From the IMG/VR virus record IMGVR_UViG_2778261576_000007: a stretch of DNA of 32,903 nucleotides; one strand, written 5' to 3'. This DNA comes from a virus. Lineage: Duplodnaviria; Heunggongvirae; Uroviricota; Caudoviricetes. Positions 18,195 through 26,872 of the stretch are shown piece after piece. How positions within the stretch are numbered: the stretch's first letter is position 1; the number at the start of each line of letters is the position of its first letter. A program made the translations under genes and the position numbers. The notes under the pieces are model-generated. The model did not search any database, had not been told where the DNA came from, and saw only the letters and a program-made list of their open reading frames with translations.

Positions 18195-18830
18195 ATGAAC
18201 ACTCTCGCAAATATCCAGGAACTCGCGCGCGCACTGCGCAACATGATCCGCACCGGCCTTGTCGTCGAAACCAACCTTAAAGCCGGTCGCTGCCGTGTGC
18301 AGACCGGCGGCATGTGCACCGACTGGCTTCAGTGGCTGACCTGTCGTGCCGGGCGTTCGCGCACATGGTGGGCACCTTCCGTGGGGGAGCAGGTGCTGAT
18401 TCTGGCCGTGGGCGGTGAACTTGACACGGCGTTTGTTCTGCCGGGGATTTATTCCGGCGATAACCCCGCGCCGTCTGCGTCGGCGGATGCCCTGCATATC
18501 CGTTTCCCTGACGGGGCGGTGATTGAATATGAACCCGAAACCAGTGCACTCACGGTAAGCGGAATTAAAACGGCCAGCGTGACGGCTTCTGATTCTGTTA
18601 CTGCCACGGTGCCGGTGGTCATGGTGAAAGCGTCAACCCGCGTCACCCTGGACACCCCGGAGGTGGTCTGCACCAACAGGCTGATTACCGGCACGCTGGA
18701 AGTGCAGAAGGGCGGGACGATGCGCGGCAACATTGAACACACCGGCGGTGAACTCTCATCAAACGGTAAGGTACTGCATACCCATAAACACCCCGGCGAC
18801 AGCGGCGGCACAACCGGGAGTCCTTTATGA
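18195..18830 (+). CDS. V: Baseplate central spike protein V (211 aa)
   Basis: Synteny and size. Confidence 0.88.
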   Translation: MNTLANIQELARALRNMIRTGLVVETNLKAGRCRVQTGGMCTDWLQWLTCRAGRSRTWWAPSVGEQVLILAVGGELDTAFVLPGIYSGDNPAPSASADALHIRFPDGAVIEYEPETSALTVSGIKTASVTASDSVTATVPVVMVKASTRVTLDTPEVVCTNRLITGTLEVQKGGTMRGNIEHTGGELSSNGKVLHTHKHPGDSGGTTGSPL

Positions 18831-19174
18831 CAGCGCGTTATCTCGGAATGAATCGCAGTGATGGCCTGACTGTCACTGACCTTGAGCATATCAGCCAGAG
18901 TATCGGCGATATCCTGCGCACACCGGTCGGCTCACGGGTGATGCGTCGTGATTACGGCTCGTTGCTGGCATCAATGATTGACCAGCCGCAGACCCCGGCG
19001 CTTGAGTTGCAGATTAAGGTCGCCTGTTACATGGCGGTGCTGAAATGGGAACCCCGCGTCACCCTGTCATCCGTCACCACGGCGCGCAGTTTTGACGGGC
19101 GAATGACGGTCACGTTAACCGGTCAGCACAACGACACCGGCCAGCCACTTTCGTTAACCATCCCTGTGAGTTGA
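18827..19174 (+). CDS. W: Baseplate protein W (gp25-like, 115 aa)
   Basis: Synteny and size. Confidence 0.88.
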   Translation: MTARYLGMNRSDGLTVTDLEHISQSIGDILRTPVGSRVMRRDYGSLLASMIDQPQTPALELQIKVACYMAVLKWEPRVTLSSVTTARSFDGRMTVTLTGQHNDTGQPLSLTIPVS

Positions 19175-19178
19175 AACC

Positions 19179-20087
19179 ATGCCGATTATCGACCTGAACC
19201 AGCTACCCGCACCGGATGTGGTCGAGGAGCTGGACTTTGAAACCATTCTCGCCGAACGCAAGGCGACACTGATTTCCCTTTACCCGGAAGACCAGCAGGA
19301 GGCGGTCGCCCGTACCCTGACGCTGGAATCTGAGCCTCTCGTCAAACTGCTGGAGGAAAATGCTTATCGTGAGCTTATCTGGCGTCAGCGTGTGAATGAG
19401 GCCGCACGGGCGGTGATGCTGGCCTGTGCTGCCGGTAATGACCTTGATGTGATTGGTGCCAATTACAACACCGCGCGCCTTATTATCACCCCGGCAGATG
19501 ATTCGACCCTCCCGCCGACACCGGCCGTGATGGAATCTGACACCGATTATCGTCTGCGTATTCAGCAGGCGTTTGAAGGTTTAAGCGTCGCCGGGTCGGT
19601 GGGGGCCTATCAGTATCATGGTCGAAGTGCCGACGGGCGTGTCGCAGATATCTCTGTCACCAGTCCTTCTCCGGCCTGCGTCACCATCTCTGTGCTGTCA
19701 CGTGAAAATAACGGTGTGGCATCCGAAGACCTGCTGGCCGTGGTACGTAACGCCCTGAATGGCGAGGACGTCAGACCGGTGGCCGACCGCGTGACCGTAC
19801 AGTCTGCCGCCATCGTTGAATACCAGATAAACGCCACGCTTTACCTTTACCCTGGTCCCGAAAGCGAACCCATCCGCGCTGCCGCCGTGAAAAAACTGGA
19901 AGCGTACATCACGGCACAGCACCGGCTGGGGCGCGACATCCGTCTGTCTGCCATTTATGCCGCTTTGCATGTGGAAGGCGTGCAGCGTGTCGAACTGACT
20001 GCACCGCTGGCCGACATCGTGCTCAACAGTACGCAGGCGTCTTTCTGTACCGAATACCGCGTCGTGACCGGAGGCTCGGATGAGTGA
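19179..20087 (+). CDS. J: Baseplate wedge protein J (302 aa)
   Basis: Synteny and size. Confidence 0.88.
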   Translation: MPIIDLNQLPAPDVVEELDFETILAERKATLISLYPEDQQEAVARTLTLESEPLVKLLEENAYRELIWRQRVNEAARAVMLACAAGNDLDVIGANYNTARLIITPADDSTLPPTPAVMESDTDYRLRIQQAFEGLSVAGSVGAYQYHGRSADGRVADISVTSPSPACVTISVLSRENNGVASEDLLAVVRNALNGEDVRPVADRVTVQSAAIVEYQINATLYLYPGPESEPIRAAAVKKLEAYITAQHRLGRDIRLSAIYAALHVEGVQRVELTAPLADIVLNSTQASFCTEYRVVTGGSDE

Positions 20088-20610
20088 TTCGCGACTGCTG
20101 CCGACCGGCTCATCACCGCTTGAAATTGCTGCCGCAAAAGCCTGTGCGGAAATTGAAAAAACGCCGGTCAGGATTCGTGAACTGTGGAACCCGGACACCT
20201 GCCCGGCAAATCTGCTGCCGTGGCTGGCGTGGGCGTTTTCGGTCGACAGGTGGGATGAAAAGTGGCCGGAAGCGACCAAACGCGCCGTTATCCGCGATGC
20301 CTATTTCATCCACTGTCATAAGGGCACTATCGGTGCAATCCGGCGTGTGGTGGAGCCGCTGGGCTATCTCATCAACGTGACGGAGTGGTGGGAAACCAGT
20401 GACCCGCCGGGCACCTTCCGGCTTGATATTGGTGTACTGGAAAGTGGCATCACAGAGGCAATGTATCAGGAAATGGAACGGCTGATTGCTGATGCCAAAC
20501 CTGCAAGCCGTCACCTTATTGGCCTGAACATTACCCGGGACATTCCCGGCTACCTGTTCGCCGGTGGTGTGGCTTACGACGGCGATGTAATTACGGTTTA
20601 CCCCGGATAA
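20080..20610 (+). CDS. I: Baseplate protein I (176 aa)
   Basis: Synteny and size; overlaps the J stop. Confidence 0.88.
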   Translation: MSDSRLLPTGSSPLEIAAAKACAEIEKTPVRIRELWNPDTCPANLLPWLAWAFSVDRWDEKWPEATKRAVIRDAYFIHCHKGTIGAIRRVVEPLGYLINVTEWWETSDPPGTFRLDIGVLESGITEAMYQEMERLIADAKPASRHLIGLNITRDIPGYLFAGGVAYDGDVITVYPG

Positions 20611-20620
20611 GTGAGGAATA

Positions 20621-22939
20621 ATGAGCACAAAATTCAGAACCGTTATCACCACTGCCGGTGCAGCAAAGCTGGCAGCGGCAACCGCGCCGGGAGGGCGGAA
20701 GGTCAACATTACCACGATGGCCGTCGGGGATGGCGGTGGTAAATTGCCTGTCCCGGATGCCGGACAGACCGGGCTTATCCATGAAGTCTGGCGACATGCG
20801 CTGAACAAAATCAGCCAGGACAAACGAAACAGTAATTATATTATCGCAGAGCTGGTTATTCCGCCGGAGGTGGGCGGTTTCTGGATGCGTGAGCTTGGCC
20901 TGTACGATGATGCGGGAACATTAATTGCCGTGGCGAACATGGCCGAAAGTTATAAGCCAGCTCTTGCCGAAGGCTCAGGGCGTTCGCAGACCTGTCGCAT
21001 GGTCATCATCGTCAGCAGTGTGGCCTCAGTGGCGCTGACCATTGACACCACAACGGTGATGGCGACGCAGGATTACGTTGATGACAAAATTGCAGAGCAT
21101 GAACAGTCACGACGTCACCCGGACGCCTCGCTGACCGCAAAAGGTTTTACTCAGTTAAGCAGTGCGATCAACAGCACGTCTGAAACACTGGCCGCAACGC
21201 CGAAAGCGGTAAAGGCCGCGTATGATCTTGCTAACGGGAAATACACTGCGCAGGATGCCACCACAGCGCGAAAAGGCCTTGTCCAGCTCAGTAGCGCCAC
21301 CAACAGCACGTCTGAAACGCTCGCCGCAACACCAAAAGCGGTAAAGGCAGCATATGACCTTGCTAACGGGAAATACACTGCACAGGACGCCACCACAGCG
21401 CGAAAAGGTCTTGTCCAGCTCAGTAGCGCCACCAACAGCGATTCTGAAACGCTTGCAGCAACGCCAAAGGCGGTTAAGACAGCGTATGACCTTGCTAACG
21501 GGAAATACACTGCGCAGGATGCCACCACGGCGCGAAAAGGTCTTGTCCAGCTAAGTAGCGCCACCAACAGTGATTCTGAAACCCTCGCGGCAACGCCAAA
21601 AGCAGTGAAGTCTGCCTATGACAATGCTGAAAAACGTCTTCAGAAAGATCAGAACGGTGCGGATATTCCGGGAAAGGATACCTTCACGAAAAATATCGGA
21701 GCCTGTCGTGCTTATAGCGGCGCTTTGAGCACTGAAGCCGGAAACTGGACAACCGCTCAGTTTATTGAATGGCTGGATTCCCGTGGTGCATTTAATCATC
21801 CGTACTGGATGTGCAAAGGCTCCTGGTCATATGCAAATAACAAAATCATTACGGATACCGGATGTGGTGATATCCACCTGGCTGGTTGTGTCGTCGAGGT
21901 CATGGGAACTAAATCTGCAATCACTATCCGAGTGACCACGCCGACAACATCAAGCGGTGGCGGTACAACCAGCGCGCAATTCACTTACATTAATCATGGG
22001 GACGGCTACTCCCCCGGCTGGCGTCGTGACTGGAATCGTCAGGGCGACGCAATGACCGGAACGATTAATCAGGATGGCGGAAGCCAGAATGCCTATATGT
22101 CTACGGCCTTATGTTCAGGCACCAGAGGCGGCAAAAAATATCTCAGAAAGTTTCGTGGTGGAGAAGGAGACACTATCTGGCATGAAACAGTACAGGGCGG
22201 GGTAGTTCGCTGGGCGACTGGTAATACTGATGCTCAGGAAGAATTATCACTCAGCTCCGCTTATGGTCTCCGTTCAAGAGGTGAGATTACATCAAGCAGT
22301 GCTAATGGTCTGCGCATTGCTTATGGCAATTATGGATTCTTTATCAGGAATGATGGCAGCAGCACTTATTTTATGTTGACTAAATCAGGTGACAGATTAG
22401 GCACTTATAATAATTTAAGACCACTGATTATAAATGATGCCACGGGTGCTGTATCAATGGGGCATGGCCTGAGTGTTACTGGTGATATTGCCTCAAGTAC
22501 CAAAGTACGTGCCGGTAGCGGGAAAAAATTCACGGTCAGCAGCAGTAATACATCCACGAAGGAAGCCGCATTCAATTTGTGGGGAAACTCAAGTCGTCCG
22601 GTGGTGGCTGAATTAGGTGATGATGCAGGCTGGCATTTTTACAGTCAGAGAAATACAGATAACAGCATCACTTTTGCTGTTAACGGGCAGGTATCACCAT
22701 CTAACTATAGTAATTTTGATTCACGCTATGTCCGGGATATCCGGCTTGGTGGTGCTGCCACATACAAACCTGCGAACAATGGCATGACATGGACACATCA
22801 GGCACCGTCCGGGTGTGTATATTCCGGCATTATTGTTCAGGATACCGGCTCAAACTCTGCCGATAACATTGGTGGCGTATATTACAGACCGGTGCAGAAA
22901 TACATTAACGGGACATGGTATAACGTGGCACAGGTATAA
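20621..22939 (+). CDS. H: Tail fibre protein H (772 aa) with internal tandem repeats and an AT-rich distal domain
   Basis: Conserved N-terminal part, four 44-aa repeats, and a distal part that is visibly more AT-rich. It is longer than the 669 aa I recall for P2 H. Confidence 0.88.
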   Translation: MSTKFRTVITTAGAAKLAAATAPGGRKVNITTMAVGDGGGKLPVPDAGQTGLIHEVWRHALNKISQDKRNSNYIIAELVIPPEVGGFWMRELGLYDDAGTLIAVANMAESYKPALAEGSGRSQTCRMVIIVSSVASVALTIDTTTVMATQDYVDDKIAEHEQSRRHPDASLTAKGFTQLSSAINSTSETLAATPKAVKAAYDLANGKYTAQDATTARKGLVQLSSATNSTSETLAATPKAVKAAYDLANGKYTAQDATTARKGLVQLSSATNSDSETLAATPKAVKTAYDLANGKYTAQDATTARKGLVQLSSATNSDSETLAATPKAVKSAYDNAEKRLQKDQNGADIPGKDTFTKNIGACRAYSGALSTEAGNWTTAQFIEWLDSRGAFNHPYWMCKGSWSYANNKIITDTGCGDIHLAGCVVEVMGTKSAITIRVTTPTTSSGGGTTSAQFTYINHGDGYSPGWRRDWNRQGDAMTGTINQDGGSQNAYMSTALCSGTRGGKKYLRKFRGGEGDTIWHETVQGGVVRWATGNTDAQEELSLSSAYGLRSRGEITSSSANGLRIAYGNYGFFIRNDGSSTYFMLTKSGDRLGTYNNLRPLIINDATGAVSMGHGLSVTGDIASSTKVRAGSGKKFTVSSSNTSTKEAAFNLWGNSSRPVVAELGDDAGWHFYSQRNTDNSITFAVNGQVSPSNYSNFDSRYVRDIRLGGAATYKPANNGMTWTHQAPSGCVYSGIIVQDTGSNSADNIGGVYYRPVQKYINGTWYNVAQV
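21139..21625 (+). repeat. About 132-bp (44-aa) tandem repeats inside H, roughly 3.7 copies
   Basis: The repeated unit (K/R)G(F/L)(T/V)QLSSA(I/T)NS(T/D)SETLAATPKAVKxAYDLANGKYTAQDATTAR is visible in both DNA and protein. Boundaries are approximate. Confidence 0.8.
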
Positions 22940-22942
22940 TTT

Positions 22943-23470
22943 ATGCAGCATTTGATAAATATAACCGCGGGTAATCCAAAAACGGTTGAACAATATCAAT
23001 TGACAAAGGGCTTTGATGTTGTCTGGTTTTTTACAGAAGATGGTAAGAACTGGTACGAAGAACAAAAGTATTTTGCTGATGACACGATAAAAATAGCGTA
23101 CGACAAGGATAATATTATCCGCTATGTGGAAAAAGATGTGACAGCTATCAGACCAGATGGATTAAGTGTGGTTGAAGTGGCGGATATTACTGCTAACCGA
23201 CGGGCGGACATTTCAGGGAACTGGATGTTTAAGGACGGCAAAGTGATTAAACGCATTTATACGGCAGAGGAATTGCAGCAGCAGGCAGAAAACCGGAAAG
23301 CCAGACTTCTTGCAGATGCTGAATCCGTGATTTTGCCACTGGAGCGCGCGGTCAGACTGAACATGGCAACAGATGAGGAGCGTAGCCGACTGGAAGCATG
23401 GGAGCGTTACAGCGTTCTGGTCAGTCGTGTGGATCCTGCAAATCCTGAATGGCCGGAAATGCCGCAATAA
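22943..23470 (+). CDS. G: Tail fibre assembly chaperone G (175 aa)
   Basis: Immediately downstream of H; AT-rich like the distal part of H. Confidence 0.82.
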   Translation: MQHLINITAGNPKTVEQYQLTKGFDVVWFFTEDGKNWYEEQKYFADDTIKIAYDKDNIIRYVEKDVTAIRPDGLSVVEVADITANRRADISGNWMFKDGKVIKRIYTAEELQQQAENRKARLLADAESVILPLERAVRLNMATDEERSRLEAWERYSVLVSRVDPANPEWPEMPQ

Positions 23471-23519
23471 GTTGTATGAGCTTACATATCTATTGCATAG
23501 AGTAAAGCCTAATCTGACA

Positions 23520-23543
23520 GTCCGCTCTGTGCCAAGAGCGGAC
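23520..23543. terminator. Inverted repeat between convergent G and cargo gene (possible bidirectional terminator without a U-tract)
   Basis: GTCCGCTC (23520-23527), 8-nt loop, GAGCGGAC (23536-23543). Neither strand has a clear T-run after it. Confidence 0.3.
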
Positions 23544-23597
23544 ATTATAGATGGTATATGTAGAAAGTGAACTTGCGTCGATTTTATGATCTAGCAG

Positions 23598-24407
23598 TCA
23601 CTTAATTATTGGATAACTCACACATGTATGGCCGTTGCTTATAGCATACATTTGGTTTCCCTTAAGATTTACAAATGGAAATGTCGTATACTCATAATTT
23701 ACAGATGTCATGTTAAATGTAAGGAATTTATCTTTAAGTTCTAATTTTGTTGAGTGTGCAGGGTATATTCCTTCATTTTTAATTGTGATAATAAAACCGA
23801 TAGGAAAAAAATGTAAAGCACAAATAAATGCTACATGTCCTTCGTTCATAAATGCTACACTTTGAGCTGATATGTGCATTCTGTGTGGGTAAAACCAGTA
23901 GTAAATATCATGAGTCTCCTCAAAACTTGGATTCTTACCCAAAACATAATCTTTTAAAGGTGTATAGAAGGGGCTATCTACGGGTTCTTTTTTACAATCT
24001 TCAACTGAAGTTGCCGATAGCACGTGTCCAATCATAGCCTTAGTGAAAGATATGCTATCAAAAGGTATTCTAATGAATGGATATACATTCATACCATTCA
24101 TATATTGACTCAACTGTTCTTTAAAGGACTTTGCTACATTTTCAATTGCAACGTCGAGTCCACCTAACACCTTATTGTTACAGTGGCTGCAAATGGTTTT
24201 GAAATAAGAGCCGTTTTTAGCATTTAATGGTTTAACTGGTTCCTGAACACCAAAAAATTCGCTAACTGTTTTCTGAAGAACAGGACCTAAGGTTATGGCA
24301 CACTTTGGAGGAACATGATCTTTTGTGAGGAAGTCATATTTTCCACAAATATTGCAATAACCTTTAGTAATGCCGTTGTGCTTCCATCGTTCACTAATTT
24401 GCGTCAT
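23598..24407 (-). CDS. Cargo protein with N-terminal HNH (His-Me finger) nuclease motif and an uncharacterised C-terminal domain (269 aa)
   Basis: CNICG ... DHVPPK ... N ... CSHCNNK fits the HNH pattern. About 27% GC in a sampled segment. The preferred start is the ATG at 24407 with GAGGGA 7 nt upstream; the track ORF begins at a TTG at 24422. Occupies the Z/fun position between G and FI. Confidence 0.55.
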   Translation of the reverse strand: MTQISERWKHNGITKGYCNICGKYDFLTKDHVPPKCAITLGPVLQKTVSEFFGVQEPVKPLNAKNGSYFKTICSHCNNKVLGGLDVAIENVAKSFKEQLSQYMNGMNVYPFIRIPFDSISFTKAMIGHVLSATSVEDCKKEPVDSPFYTPLKDYVLGKNPSFEETHDIYYWFYPHRMHISAQSVAFMNEGHVAFICALHFFPIGFIITIKNEGIYPAHSTKLELKDKFLTFNMTSVNYEYTTFPFVNLKGNQMYAISNGHTCVSYPIIK

Positions 24408-24542
24408 TTTTTGTTCCCTCAATAGTATAAGCTATCTATACATTTTTTAATCCTATCAAAGATACAACTTAACGTCAGGGAAATGATAGTGTTTTGGCTA
24501 TGTAAATTGTCAGTCGGAAAATGAGTGAGTACAAATCAGGAC

Positions 24543-24570
24543 AGGCGGGCAGATTGCCCGCCTTTTCTTT
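24543..24570 (+). terminator. Rho-independent terminator (plus strand) upstream of the FI promoter region
   Basis: Stem GGCGGGCA (24544-24551), short loop, stem GCCCGCC, then TTTTCTTT (24563-24570). Confidence 0.6.
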
Positions 24571-24666
24571 ATCTGTTGTTTCATCCACTGACCAGCCAGG
24601 TCAAATAGCGTCTCATGCTCTGCCCAACAGAAAATAGTTGCACCCATTAACCACGGAGTTAAACGG
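24571..24666 (+). promoter_or_regulatory. Putative late promoter region for the FI-FII-E-T-U-D operon
   Basis: Intergenic region between the terminator and FI. In P2 this operon is driven by an Ogr-dependent late promoter. No specific motif was assigned. Confidence 0.4.
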
Positions 24667-25857
24667 ATGAGTGACTATCATCACGGCGTGCAGGTGCTGG
24701 AGATTAACGACGGCACCCGCGTCATTTCCACCGTATCCACGGCCATTGTCGGCATGGTCTGCACGGCCAGCGATGCGGATGCGGAAACCTTCCCCCTCAA
24801 TAAACCGGTGCTGATTACCAATGTGCAGAGCGCAATTGCAAAGGCCGGTAAAAAAGGCACGCTGGCGGCATCGTTGCAGGCCATCGCCGACCAGTCAAAA
24901 CCGGTCACCGTTGTCGTGCGTGTGGAAGACGGCACCGGCGACGACGAGGAAACGAAACTCGCGCAGACCGTTTCCAATATCATCGGCACCACCGACGAAA
25001 ACGGTCAGTACACCGGACTGAAAGCCCTGCTGGCGGCGGAGTCGGTAACCGGTGTAAAACCGCGTATTCTCGGCGTGCCGGGACTGGATACCAAAGAGGT
25101 GGCTGTTGCACTGGCATCAGTCTGTCAGAAGCTGCGCGCTTTCGGATATATCAGCGCATGGGGCTGTAAGACCATTTCCGAGGTGAAAGCCTACCGCCAG
25201 AATTTCAGCCAGCGTGAGCTGATGGTCATCTGGCCGGATTTCCTCGCATGGGATACGGTCACCAGTACCACCGCCACCGCGTATGCCACCGCCCGTGCGC
25301 TGGGTCTGCGCGCTAAAATCGACCAGGAGCAGGGCTGGCATAAAACGCTGTCCAATGTCGGGGTGAACGGTGTTACCGGCATCAGCGCATCCGTCTTCTG
25401 GGATTTGCAGGAGTCCGGCACCGATGCTGACCTGCTTAACGAGTCAGGCGTCACTACGCTGATTCGCCGCGACGGTTTCCGCTTCTGGGGTAACCGTACC
25501 TGCTCCGATGACCCGCTGTTCCTCTTTGAAAACTACACCCGTACCGCGCAGGTGCTGGCCGACACGATGGCTGAGGCGCACATGTGGGCGGTGGACAAGC
25601 CCATCACCGCAACGCTGATTCGCGACATCGTTGACGGCATCAATGCCAAATTCCGTGAGCTGAAAACAAACGGCTATATCGTGGATGCGACCTGCTGGTT
25701 CAGCGAAGAATCCAACGATGCGGAAACCCTCAAGGCCGGAAAACTGTATATCGACTACGACTATACCCCGGTGCCTCCTCTTGAAAACCTGACCCTGCGC
25801 CAGCGTATTACCGATAAATACCTGGCAAATCTGGTCACCTCGGTTAACAGCAATTAA
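24667..25857 (+). CDS. FI: Tail sheath protein FI (396 aa)
   Basis: Synteny and size. Confidence 0.92.
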   Translation: MSDYHHGVQVLEINDGTRVISTVSTAIVGMVCTASDADAETFPLNKPVLITNVQSAIAKAGKKGTLAASLQAIADQSKPVTVVVRVEDGTGDDEETKLAQTVSNIIGTTDENGQYTGLKALLAAESVTGVKPRILGVPGLDTKEVAVALASVCQKLRAFGYISAWGCKTISEVKAYRQNFSQRELMVIWPDFLAWDTVTSTTATAYATARALGLRAKIDQEQGWHKTLSNVGVNGVTGISASVFWDLQESGTDADLLNESGVTTLIRRDGFRFWGNRTCSDDPLFLFENYTRTAQVLADTMAEAHMWAVDKPITATLIRDIVDGINAKFRELKTNGYIVDATCWFSEESNDAETLKAGKLYIDYDYTPVPPLENLTLRQRITDKYLANLVTSVNSN

Positions 25858-25869
25858 GGAGCCTGACCG

Positions 25870-26388
25870 ATGGCAATGCCGCGCAAACTCAAGTTAATGA
25901 ACGTCTTTCTGAACGGCTACAGCTATCAGGGCGTCGCGAAGTCCGTCACGCTGCCAAAACTGACCCGTAAGCTCGAAAACTATCGCGGTGCGGGGATGAA
26001 CGGCAGCGCACCGGTAGACCTCGGCCTTGATGACGATGCGCTGTCAATGGAGTGGTCGCTCGGGGGCTTCCCGGATTCGGTTATCTGGGAGCTTTACGCC
26101 GCAACCGGTGTGGATGCCGTACCGATTCGTTTTGCTGGCTCTTACCAGCGCGACGATACCGGCGAAACGGTGGCCGTCGAAGTGGTCATGCGTGGACGTC
26201 AGAAAGAAATCGACACCGGCGAGGGTAAACAGGGAGAAGACACCGAGTCGAAAATCTCCGTGGTCTGCACCTATTTCCGGCTGACGATGGACGGCAAGGA
26301 GCTGGTCGAAATCGACACCATCAACATGATTGAGAAGGTGAACGGCGTCGACCGGCTGGAGCAACACCGCCGAAATATCGGCCTGTGA
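25870..26388 (+). CDS. FII: Tail tube protein FII (172 aa)
   Basis: Synteny and size. Confidence 0.92.
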   Translation: MAMPRKLKLMNVFLNGYSYQGVAKSVTLPKLTRKLENYRGAGMNGSAPVDLGLDDDALSMEWSLGGFPDSVIWELYAATGVDAVPIRFAGSYQRDDTGETVAVEVVMRGRQKEIDTGEGKQGEDTESKISVVCTYFRLTMDGKELVEIDTINMIEKVNGVDRLEQHRRNIGL

Positions 26389-26444
26389 TTTTCATCCGGT
26401 CAGCCTGGCTGACCGGTTAACCCTGATTCAGAAGTGAGAAAACC

Positions 26445-26720
26445 ATGAACAAAGAAAATGTGATTACCCTGGACAATCCGGTCAAGCGTGGTGAGCAGGT
26501 TATCGAACAGGTCACGCTGATGAAACCCAATGCCGGGACGCTGCGCGGTGTCAGTCTGGCTGCGGTCGCAAACTCCGAAGTCGATGCACTGATTAAGGTG
26601 CTGCCGCGCATGACGGCACCGATGCTGACCGAACAGGAGGTCGCCGAGCTGGAACTGCCTGACCTTGTGGCGCTGGCCGGTAAGGTGGTCGGTTTTTTGT
26701 CGCCGAACTCGGTGCAGTGA
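26445..26720 (+). CDS. E: Tail assembly chaperone E (91 aa)
   Basis: Small ORF between the tube and tape-measure genes; contains a slippery site near its 3' end. Confidence 0.88.
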   Translation: MNKENVITLDNPVKRGEQVIEQVTLMKPNAGTLRGVSLAAVANSEVDALIKVLPRMTAPMLTEQEVAELELPDLVALAGKVVGFLSPNSVQ

Positions 26721-26872
26721 CGTTTCCGAAAAATCTCTCGGTCGATGACCTGATGGCGGATGTGGCAGTGATATTTCACTGGCCGCCATCAGAACTGTAT
26801 CCCATGAGCCTGACCGAACTCATCACATGGCGCGAAAAGGCGCTCCGGCGAAGCGGAAACACGAATGAGTAA
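26445..26872 (+). CDS. E': E+E' tail assembly chaperone made by programmed -1 frameshift (142 aa)
   Basis: Slippery heptamer T TTT TTG at 26693-26699. The -1 frame stays open from 26699 to TAA at 26870-26872, encoding ...VAELGAVTFPKNLSVDDLMADVAVIFHWPPSELYPMSLTELITWREKALRRSGNTNE, and overlaps the T start. Confidence 0.8.

Noticed and set aside
21139-21625. Possible CRISPR-like array suggested by regular repeats
   Set aside because: The repeats are 132 bp, directly abutting and in-frame within tail-fibre gene H, with no unique spacers. They are coding tandem repeats, not CRISPR.
23598-24422. Retron or reverse-transcriptase-based cargo at the second hotspot
   Set aside because: The only ORF lacks reverse-transcriptase motifs, and the flanking non-coding DNA is too short and lacks the inverted repeats expected of an msr/msd region.
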